A stretch of 64,000 nt of DNA from the human T2T-CHM13v2.0 reference genome, Homo sapiens. The position numbers were made by a program, and so were the translations under genes. Numbering within the stretch: position 1 is the stretch's first letter; the number at the start of each line of letters is the position of its first letter. The notes under the pieces are model-generated. The model did no database searches and had not been told where the DNA came from. It saw only the letters and a program-made list of their open reading frames with translations. Where the stretch lies: assembly GCF_009914755.1 (NCBI RefSeq), contig NC_060937.1. One strand, 5' to 3'. Shown piece by piece: positions 49,711 through 61,440 of the stretch.

Positions 49711-52700
49711 TCAAAGCGCTCCAAATGTCCACATCCAGATACTCCAGAAAGAGTGTTTCAAACCTGCTCTATGAAAGGGAATCTTCAACTCTATGAGTTG
49801 AATGCAGACATCAGAAAGAAATTTCTGAGAATGCTGCTGTCTACCTTTTATTTGAATTCCCGCTTCCAACGAAATCCTCCAAGCTATCCAAATATCCACT
49901 TGCAGATTCCACAAAAAGAGTGTTTCAAAACTGCTCTCTATCAATGGCAAAGTTCAACTCTGTTAGTTGAGGACACATATCACCAACAAGTTTCTGAGAA
50001 TGCTTCTGTCTATTTTTTATGGGAAGATATTTCCTTTTTCACCGTAGGCGTCAAGGCGATCGAAATGTCCACTTCCACAAACTACAAAAAGAGTGTTTCA
50101 AACCTGCTCTATGAAAGGCCATGTTCATCTCTATGAGTCGAATGGAAATATCCGAAAGAAATTTCTGGGAATGCTGCTGTCTAGTTTTTATACGAATTCC
50201 CGCTTCCAACGAAATCCTCAAAGCAATCCAAATATCCACTTGCAGAATCCACAAAAAGAGTGTTTCAAAACTGCTCTATCAATAGAAAGGTTCAACTCTT
50301 TTAGTTGAGTACAAACATCACAAACAAGTTTCTGAGAATGCTTCTGTCTGGCTTTTATTGGAAGACGTTTCCTTTTCACCAAAGGCATCAAAGCGCTCCA
50401 AATGTCCACTTCCAGATTCTTCCAAAAGAGTGTTTGAAACGTGCTCAAAGTAAGGGAATGTTCAACTCTGTGACTTGAATGCAGATATCACCAAGTAGTT
50501 TCTAATAGTGCTTCTGTCTAGATTTTAGATGATGATATTCCCGTTTCCAACGAAATCGTTAGAGCTATCCAAATATCCACTTACAGTTGCTACAAAAACA
50601 GTGTTTCCAAACTGCTGCATCAAAAGAAAGGTTCAACTCTGTTAGTTGAGGACACACATCACAAAGAAGTTTGTGAGAATGCTTCTGTCTAGATTTTGTA
50701 TGACCATATTCCCTTTTCCAGCGATATCATTAAAGCAATCTAAATATCCATTTGCAGAATCCACAAAAATAGAGTTTCAAAGCTGCTCTGTAAAAAGAAA
50801 GGTTCCACTCTGTTAGCTGAGTACACACATCACAAACTTGTTTCTCAGAATCCTTCTGTCTCGTTTTTATGGGAAGATATTTACTTTTTCACCGTAGGCA
50901 TCAAAGCGCTCCAAATGTCCACATCCAGATACTCCAGAAAGAGTGTTTCAAACCTGCTCTATGAAAGGGAATCTTCAACTCTATGAGTTGAATGCAGACA
51001 TCAGAAAGAAATTTCTGAGAATGCTGCTGTCTACCTTTTATTTGAATTCCCGCTTCCAACGAAATCCTCCAAGCTATCCAAATATCCACCTGCATTTTCC
51101 ACAAAAAGAGCGTTTCAAAACTGCTCTATCAATAGAAATGTTCAACTCCTTTGGCTGGGTACACACATCACAAACAAGTTTCTGAGAATGCTTCTGTCTA
51201 GTTTTTATGGGAAGACATTCCCTTTTTCACCAAAGGCATCAAAGCGCTCCAAATGTCCACTTCCAGACACTACAAAAAGAGTGTTTCCAACGTGCTCTAA
51301 GAAAGCGAATGTTCAACTCTGTGACTTGAATGCAGATATCACAAAGTAGTTTCTGAGAGGGCTTCTGTCTAGATTTTAGATGATGATATTCCCGTTTCCA
51401 ACGAAATCATTAGAGCTATCCAAATATCCACTTACAGTTTCTACAAAAAGAGTGTTTCCAAACTGCTGCATCAAAAGAGAGGTTCCACTCTGTTAGCTGA
51501 GTACACACATCACAAACTTGTTTCTGAGAATCCTTCTGTCTCGTTTTTCTGGGAAGATATTTACTTTTTCACCGTAGGCATCAAAGCGCTCCAAATGTCC
51601 ACATCCAGATACTCCAGAAAGAGTGTTTCAAACCTGCTCTATGAAAGGGAATCTTCAACTCTATGAGTTGAATGCAGACATCAGAAAGAAATTTCTGAGA
51701 ATGCTGCTGTCTACCTTTTATTTGAATTCCCGCTTCCAACGAAATCCTCCAAGCTATCCAAATATCCACTTGCAGATTCCACAAAAAGAGTGTTTCAAAA
51801 CTGCTCTCTATCAATGGCAAAGTTCAACTCTGTTAGTTGAGGACACATATCACCAACAAGTTTCTGAGAATGCTTCTGTCTATTTTTTATGGGAAGATAT
51901 TTCCTTTTTCACCGTAGGCGTCAAGGCGATCGAAATGTCCACTTCCACAAACTACAAAAAGAGTGTTTCAAACCTGCTCTATGAAAGGCCATGTTCATCT
52001 CTATGAGTCGAATGGAAATATCCGAAAGAAATTTCTGGGAATGCTGCTGTCTAGTTTTTATACGAATTCCCGCTTCCAACGAAATCCTCAAAGCAATCCA
52101 AATATCCACTTGCAGAATCCACAAAAAGAGTGTTTCAAAACTGCTCTATCAATAGAAAGGTTCAACTCTTTTAGTTGAGTACACACATCACAAACAAGTT
52201 TCTGAGAATGCTTCTGTCTGGCTTTTATTGGAAGACGTTTCCTTTTCACCAAAGGCATCAAAGCGCTCCAAATGTCCACTTCCAGATTCTTCCAAAAGAG
52301 TGTTTGAAACGTGCTCAAAGTAAGGGAATGTTCAACTCTGTGACTTGAATGCAGATATCACCAAGTAGTTTCTAATAGTGCTTCTGTCTAGATTTTAGAT
52401 GATGATATTCCCGTTTCCAACGAAATCGTTAGAGCTATCCAAATATCCACTTACAGTTTCTACAAAAAGAGTGTTTCCAAACTGCTGCATCAAAAGAAAG
52501 GTTCAACTCTGTTAGTTGAGGACACACATCACAAAGAAGTTTGTGAGAATGCTTCTGTCTAGATTTTGTATGACGATATTCCCTTTTCCAACGATATCGT
52601 TAAAGCAATCTAAATATCCATTTGCAGAATCCACAAAAATAGAGTTTCAAAGCTGCTCTGTAAAAAGAAAGGTTCCACTCTGTTAGCTGAGTACACACAT

Positions 52701-53960
52701 CACAAACTTGTTTCTCAGAATCCTTCTGTCTCGTTTTTATGGGAAGATATTTACTTTTTCACCGTAGGCATCAAAGCGCTCCAAATGTCCACATCCAGAT
52801 ACTCCAGAAAGAGTGTTTCAAACCTGCTCTATGAAAGGGAATCTTCAACTCTATGAGTTGAATGCAGACATCAGAAAGAAATTTCTGAGAATGCTGCTGT
52901 CTACCTTTTATTTGAATTCCCGCTTCCAACGAAATCCTCCAAGCTATCCAAATATCCACTTGCAGATTCCACAAAAAGAGTGTTTCAAAACTGCTCTCTA
53001 TCAATGGCAAAGTTCAACTCTGTTAGTTGAGGACACATATCACCAACAAGTTTCTGAGAATGCTTCTGTCTATTTTTTATGGGAAGATATTTCCTTTTTC
53101 ACCGTAGGCGTCAAGGCGATCGAAATGTCCACTTCCACAAACTACAAAAAGAGTGTTTCAAACCTGCTCTATGAAAGGCCATGTTCATCTCTATGAGTCG
53201 AATGGAAATATCCGAAAGAAATTTCTGGGAATGCTGCTGTCTAGTTTTTATACGAATTCCCGCTTCCAACGAAATCCTCAAAGCAATCCAAATATCCACT
53301 TGCAGAATCCACAAAAAGAGTGTTTCAAAACTGCTCTATCAATAGAAAGGTTCAACTCTTTTAGTTGAGTACACACATCACAAACAAGTTTCTGAGAATG
53401 CTTCTGTCTGGCTTTTATTGGAAGACGTTTCCTTTTCACCAAAGGCATCAAAGCGCTCCAAATGTCCACTTCCAGATTCTTCCAAAAGAGTGTTTGAAAC
53501 GTGCTCAAAGTAAGGGAATGTTCAACTCTGTGACTTGAATGCAGATATCACCAAGTAGTTTCTAATAGTGCTTCTGTCTAGATTTTAGATGATGATATTC
53601 CCGTTTCCAACGAAATCGTTAGAGCTATCCAAATATCCACTTACAGTTGCTACAAAAACAGTGTTTCCAAACTGCTGCATCAAAAGAAAGGTTCAACTCT
53701 GTTAGTTGAGGACACACGTCACAAAGAAGTTTGTGAGAATGCTTCTGTCTAGATTTTGTATGACGATATTCCCTTTTCCAACGATATCGTTAAAGCAATC
53801 TAAATATCCATTTGCAGAATCCACAAAAATAGAGTTTCAAAGCTGCTCTGTAAAAAGAAAGGTTCCACTCTGTTAGCTGAGTACACACATCACAAACTTG
53901 TTTCTCAGAATCCTTCTGTCTCGTTTTTATGGGAAGATATTTACTTTTTCACCGTAGGCA

Positions 53961-56900
53961 TCAAAGCGCTCCAAATGTCCACATCCAGATACTCCAGAAA
54001 GAGTGTTTCAAACCTGCTCTATGAAAGGGAATCTTCAACTCTATGAGTTGAATGCAGACATCAGAAAGAAATTTCTGAGAATGCTGCTGTCTACCTTTTA
54101 TTTGAATTCCCGCTTCCAACGAAATCCTCCAAGCTATCCAAATATCCACTTGCAGATTCCACAAAAAGAGTGTTTCAAAACTGCTCTCTATCAATGGCAA
54201 AGTTCAACTCTGTTAGTTGAGGACACATATCACCAACAAGTTTCTGAGAATGCTTCTGTCTATTTTTTATGGGAAGATATTTCCTTTTTCACCGTAGGCG
54301 TCAAGGCGATCGAAATGTCCACTTCCACAAACTACAAAAAGAGTGTTTCAAACCTGCTCTATGAAAGGCCATGTTCATCTCTATGAGTCGAATGGAAATA
54401 TCCGAAAGAAATTTCTGGGAATGCTGCTGTCTAGTTTTTATACGAATTCCCGCTTCCAACGAAATCCTCAAAGCAATCCAAATATCCACTTGCAGAATCC
54501 ACAAAAAGAGTGTTTCAAAACTGCTCTATCAATAGAAAGGTTCAACTCTTTTAGTTGAGTACACACATCACAAACAAGTTTCTGAGAATGCTTCTGTCTG
54601 GCTTTTATTGGAAGACGTTTCCTTTTCACCAAAGGCATCAAAGCGCTCCAAATGTCCACTTCCAGATTCTTCCAAAAGAGTGTTTGAAACGTGCTCAAAG
54701 TAAGGGAATGTTCAACTCTGTGACTTGAATGCAGATATCACCAAGTAGTTTCTAATAGTGCTTCTGTCTAGATTTTAGATGATGATATTCCCGTTTCCAA
54801 CGAAATCGTTAGAGCTATCCAAATATCCACTTACAGTTTCTACAAAAAGAGTGTTTCCAAACTGCTGCATCAAAAGAAAGGTTCAACTCTGTTAGTTGAG
54901 GACACACATCACAAAGAAGTTTGTGAGAATGCTTCTGTCTAGATTTTGTATGACCATATTCCCTTTTCCAGCGATATCATTAAAGCAATCTAAATATCCA
55001 TTTGCAGAATCCACAAAAATAGAGTTTCAAAGCTGCTCTGTAAAAAGAAAGGTTCCACTCTGTTAGCTGAGTACACACATCACAAACTTGTTTCTCAGAA
55101 TCCTTCTGTCTCGTTTTTATGGGAAGATATTTACTTTTTCACCATAGGCATCAAAGCGCTCCAAATGTCCACATCCAGATACTCCAGAAAGAGTGTTTCA
55201 AACCTGCTCTATGAAAGGGAATCTTCAACTCTATGAGTTGAATGCAGACATCAGAAAGAAATTTCTGAGAATGCTGCTGTCTACCTTTTATTTGAATTCC
55301 CGCTTCCAACGAAATCCTCCAAGCTATCCAAATATCCACCTGCATTTTCCACAAAAAGAGCGTTTCAAAACTGCTCTATCAATAGAAATGTTCAACTCCT
55401 TTGGCTGGGTACACACATCACAAACAAGTTTCTGAGAATGCTTCTGTCTAGTTTTTATGGGAAGACATTCCCTTTTTCACCAAAGGCATCAAAGCGCTCC
55501 AAATGTCCACTTCCAGACACTACAAAAAGAGTGTTTCCAACGTGCTCTAAGAAAGCGAATGTTCAACTCTGTGACTTGAATGCAGATATCACAAAGTAGT
55601 TTCTGAGAGGGCTTCTGTCTAGATTTTAGATGATGATATTCCCGTTTCCAACGAAATCATTAGAGCTATCCAAATATCCACTTACAGTTTCTACAAAAAG
55701 AGTGTTTCCAAACTGCTGCATCAAAAGAGAGGTTCCACTCTGTTAGCTGAGTACACACATCACAAACTTGTTTCTCAGAATCCTTCTGTCTCGTTTTTCT
55801 GGGAAGATATTTACTTTTTCACCGTAGGCATCAAAGCGCTCCAAATGTCCACATCCAGATACTCCAGAAAGAGTGTTTCAAACCTGCTCTATGAAAGGGA
55901 ATCTTCAACTCTATGAGTTGAATGCAGACATCAGAAAGAAATTTCTGAGAATGCTGCTGTCTACCTTTTATTTGAATTCCCGCTTCCAACGAAATCCTCC
56001 AAGCTATCCAAATATCCACTTGCAGATTCCACAAAAAGAGTGTTTCAAAACTGCTCTCTATCAATGGCAAAGTTCAACTCTGTTAGTTGAGGACACATAT
56101 CACCAACAAGTTTCTGAGAATGCTTCTGTCTATTTTTTATGGGAAGATATTTCCTTTTTCACCGTAGGCGTCAAGGCGATCGAAATGTCCACTTCCACAA
56201 ACTACAAAAAGAGTGTTTCAAACCTGCTCTATGAAAGGCCATGTTCATCTCTATGAGTCGAATGGAAATATCCGAAAGAAATTTCTGGGAATGCTGCTGT
56301 CTAGTTTTTATACGAATTCCCGCTTCCAACGAAATCCTCAAAGCAATCCAAATATCCACTTGCAGAATCCACAAAAAGAGTGTTTCAAAACTGCTCTATC
56401 AATAGAAAGGTTCAACTCTTTTAGTTGAGTACACACATCACAAACAAGTTTCTGAGAATGCTTCTGTCTGGCTTTTATTGGAAGACGTTTCCTTTTCACC
56501 AAAGGCATCAAAGCGCTCCAAATGTCCACTTCCAGATTCTTCCAAAAGAGTGTTTGAAACGTGCTCAAAGTAAGGGAATGTTCAACTCTGTGACTTGAAT
56601 GCAGATATCACCAAGTAGTTTCTAATAGTGCTTCTGTCTAGATTTTAGATGATGATATTCCCGTTTCCAACGAAATCGTTAGAGCTATCCAAATATCCAC
56701 TTACAGTTTCTACAAAAAGAGTGTTTCCAAACTGCTGCATCAAAAGAAAGGTTCAACTCTGTTAGTTGAGGACACACATCACAAAGAAGTTTGTGAGAAT
56801 GCTTCTGTCTAGATTTTGTATGACCATATTCCCTTTTCCAGCGATATCATTAAAGCAATCTAAATATCCATTTGCAGAATCCACAAAAATAGAGTTTCAA

Positions 56901-59900
56901 AGCTGCTCTGTAAAAAGAAAGGTTCCACTCTGTTAGCTGAGTACACACATCACAAACTTGTTTCTCAGAATCCTTCTGTCTCGTTTTTATGGGAAGATAT
57001 TTACTTTTTCACCGTAGGCATCAAAGCGCTCCAAATGTCCACATCCAGATACTCCAGAAAGAGTGTTTCAAACCTGCTCTATGAAAGGGAATCTTCAACT
57101 CTATGAGTTGAATGCAGACATCAGAAAGAAATTTCTGAGAATGCTGCTGTCTACCTTTTATTTGAATTCCCGCTTCCAACGAAATCCTCCAAGCTATCCA
57201 AATATCCACCTGCATTTTCCACAAAAAGAGCGTTTCAAAACTGCTCTATCAATAGAAATGTTCAACTCCTTTGGCTGGGTACACACATCACAAACAAGTT
57301 TCTGAGAATGCTTCTGTCTAGTTTTTATGGGAAGACATTCCCTTTTTCACCAAAGGCATCAAAGCGCTCCAAATGTCCACTTCCAGACACTACAAAAAGA
57401 GTGTTTCCAACGTGCTCTAAGAAAGCGAATGTTCAACTCTGTGACTTGAATGCAGATATCACAAAGTAGTTTCTGAGAGGGCTTCTGTCTAGATTTTAGA
57501 TGATGATATTCCCGTTTCCAACGAAATCATTAGAGCTATCCAAATATCCACTTACAGTTTCTACAAAAAGAGTGTTTCCAAACTGCTGCATCAAAAGAGA
57601 GGTTCCACTCTGTTAGCTGAGTACACACATCACAAACTTGTTTCTCAGAATCCTTCTGTCTCGTTTTTCTGGGAAGATATTTACTTTTTCACCGTAGGCA
57701 TCAAAGCGCTCCAAATGTCCACATCCAGATACTCCAGAAAGAGTGTTTCAAACCTGCTCTATGAAAGGGAATCTTCAACTCTATGAGTTGAATGCAGACA
57801 TCAGAAAGAAATTTCTGAGAATGCTGCTGTCTACCTTTTATTTGAATTCCCGCTTCCAACGAAATCCTCCAAGCTATCCAAATATCCACTTGCAGATTCC
57901 ACAAAAAGAGTGTTTCAAAACTGCTCTCTATCAATGGCAAAGTTCAACTCTGTTAGTTGAGGACACATATCACCAACAAGTTTCTGAGAATGCTTCTGTC
58001 TATTTTTTATGGGAAGATATTTCCTTTTTCACCGTAGGCGTCAAGGCGATCGAAATGTCCACTTCCACAAACTACAAAAAGAGTGTTTCAAACCTGCTCT
58101 ATGAAAGGCCATGTTCATCTCTATGAGTCGAATGGAAATATCCGAAAGAAATTTCTGGGAATGCTGCTGTCTAGTTTTTATACGAATTCCCGCTTCCAAC
58201 GAAATCCTCAAAGCAATCCAAATATCCACTTGCAGAATCCACAAAAAGAGTGTTTCAAAACTGCTCTATCAATAGAAAGGTTCAACTCTTTTAGTTGAGT
58301 ACACACATCACAAACAAGTTTCTGAGAATGCTTCTGTCTGGCTTTTATTGGAAGACGTTTCCTTTTCACCAAAGGCATCAAAGCGCTCCAAATGTCCACT
58401 TCCAGATTCTTCCAAAAGAGTGTTTGAAACGTGCTCAAAGTAAGGGAATGTTCAACTCTGTGACTTGAATGCAGATATCACCAAGTAGTTTCTAATAGTG
58501 CTTCTGTCTAGATTTTAGATGATGATATTCCCGTTTCCAACGAAATCGTTAGAGCTATCCAAATATCCACTTACAGTTTCTACAAAAAGAGTGTTTCCAA
58601 ACTGCTGCATCAAAAGAAAGGTTCAACTCTGTTAGTTGAGGACACACATCACAAAGAAGTTTGTGAGAATGCTTCTGTCTAGATTTTGTATGACCATATT
58701 CCCTTTTCCAGCGATATCATTAAAGCAATCTAAATATCCATTTGCAGAATCCACAAAAATAGAGTTTCAAAGCTGCTCTGTAAAAAGAAAGGTTCCACTC
58801 TGTTAGCTGAGTACACACATCACAAACTTGTTTCTCAGAATCCTTCTGTCTCGTTTTTCTGGGAAGATATTTACTTTTTCACCGTAGGCATCAAAGCGCT
58901 CCAAATGTCCACATCCAGATACTCCAGAAAGAGTGTTTCAAACCTGCTCTATGAAAGGGAATCTTCAACTCTATGAGTTGAATGCAGACATCAGAAAGAA
59001 ATTTCTGAGAATGCTGCTGTCTACCTTTTATTTGAATTCCCGCTTCCAACGAAATCCTCCAAGCTATCCAAATATCCACCTGCATTTTCCACAAAAAGAG
59101 CGTTTCAAAACTGCTCTATCAATAGAAATGTTCAACTCCTTTGGCTGGGTACACACATCACAAACAAGTTTCTGAGAATGCTTCTGTCTAGTTTTTATGG
59201 GAAGACATTCCCTTTTTCACCAAAGGCATCAAAGCGCTCCAAATGTCCACTTCCAGACACTACAAAAAGAGTGTTTCCAACGTGCTCTAAGAAAGCGAAT
59301 GTTCAACTCTGTGACTTGAATGCAGATATCACAAAGTAGTTTCTGAGAGGGCTTCTGTCTAGATTTTAGATGATGATATTCCCGTTTCCAACGAAATCAT
59401 TAGAGCTATCCAAATATCCACTTACAGTTTCTACAAAAAGAGTGTTTCCAAACTGCTGCATCAAAAGAGAGGTTCCACTCTGTTAGCTGAGTACACACAT
59501 CACAAACTTGTTTCTCAGAATCCTTCTGTCTCGTTTTTCTGGGAAGATATTTACTTTTTCACCGTAGGCATCAAAGCGCTCCAAATGTCCACATCCAGAT
59601 ACTCCAGAAAGAGTGTTTCAAACCTGCTCTATGAAAGGGAATCTTCAACTCTATGAGTTGAATGCAGACATCAGAAAGAAATTTCTGAGAATGCTGCTGT
59701 CTACCTTTTATTTGAATTCCCGCTTCCAACGAAATCCTCCAAGCTATCCAAATATCCACTTGCAGATTCCACAAAAAGAGTGTTTCAAAACTGCTCTCTA
59801 TCAATGGCAAAGTTCAACTCTGTTAGTTGAGGACACATATCACCAACAAGTTTCTGAGAATGCTTCTGTCTATTTTTTATGGGAAGATATTTCCTTTTTC

Positions 59901-61440
59901 ACCGTAGGCGTCAAGGCGATCGAAATGTCCACTTCCACAAACTACAAAAAGAGTGTTTCAAACCTGCTCTATGAAAGGCCATGTTCATCTCTATGAGTCG
60001 AATGGAAATATCCGAAAGAAATTTCTGGGAATGCTGCTGTCTAGTTTTTATACGAATTCCCGCTTCCAACGAAATCCTCAAAGCAATCCAAATATCCACT
60101 TGCAGAATCCACAAAAAGAGTGTTTCAAAACTGCTCTATCAATAGAAAGGTTCAACTCTTTTAGTTGAGTACACACATCACAAACAAGTTTCTGAGAATG
60201 CTTCTGTCTGGCTTTTATTGGAAGACGTTTCCTTTTCACCAAAGGCATCAAAGCGCTCCAAATGTCCACTTCCAGATTCTTCCAAAAGAGTGTTTGAAAC
60301 GTGCTCAAAGTAAGGGAATGTTCAACTCTGTGACTTGAATGCAGATATCACCAAGTAGTTTCTAATAGTGCTTCTGTCTAGATTTTAGATGATGATATTC
60401 CCGTTTCCAACGAAATCGTTAGAGCTATCCAAATATCCACTTACAGTTTCTACAAAAAGAGTGTTTCCAAACTGCTGCATCAAAAGAAAGGTTCAACTCT
60501 GTTAGTTGAGGACACACATCACAAAGAAGTTTGTGAGAATGCTTCTGTCTAGATTTTGTATGACCATATTCCCTTTTCCAGCGATATCATTAAAGCAATC
60601 TAAATATCCATTTGCAGAATCCACAAAAATAGAGTTTCAAAGCTGCTCTGTAAAAAGAAAGGTTCCACTCTGTTAGCTGAGTACACACATCACAAACTTG
60701 TTTCTCAGAATCCTTCTGTCTCGTTTTTATGGGAAGATATTTACTTTTTCACCGTAGGCATCAAAGCGCTCCAAATGTCCACATCCAGATACTCCAGAAA
60801 GAGTGTTTCAAACCTGCTCTATGAAAGGGAATCTTCAACTCTATGAGTTGAATGCAGACATCAGAAAGAAATTTCTGAGAATGCTGCTGTCTACCTTTTA
60901 TTTGAATTCCCGCTTCCAACGAAATCCTCCAAGCTATCCAAATATCCACCTGCATTTTCCACAAAAAGAGCGTTTCAAAACTGCTCTATCAATAGAAATG
61001 TTCAACTCCTTTGGCTGGGTACACACATCACAAACAAGTTTCTGAGAATGCTTCTGTCTAGTTTTTATGGGAAGACATTCCCTTTTTCACCAAAGGCATC
61101 AAAGCGCTCCAAATGTCCACTTCCAGACACTACAAAAAGAGTGTTTCCAACGTGCTCTAAGAAAGCGAATGTTCAACTCTGTGACTTGAATGCAGATATC
61201 ACAAAGTAGTTTCTGAGAGGGCTTCTGTCTAGATTTTAGATGATGATATTCCCGTTTCCAACGAAATCATTAGAGCTATCCAAATATCCACTTACAGTTT
61301 CTACAAAAAGAGTGTTTCCAAACTGCTGCATCAAAAGAGAGGTTCCACTCTGTTAGCTGAGTACACACATCACAAACTTGTTTCTCAGAATCCTTCTGTC
61401 TCGTTTTTCTGGGAAGATATTTACTTTTTCACCGTAGGCA
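53961..61440 (-). repeat. Four tandem canonical 11-mers (1870 bp each)
   Basis: A at 53961, 55831, 57701, 59571 alternating with B at 55151, 57021, 58891, 60761. Confidence 0.96.

Noticed and set aside
50314-50314. Isolated singleton substitutions (50314 C>A, 16186 A>G, 21293 G>A, 49240 G>A)
   Set aside because: They fall outside known motifs and are useful only as mapping markers; they could be errors.
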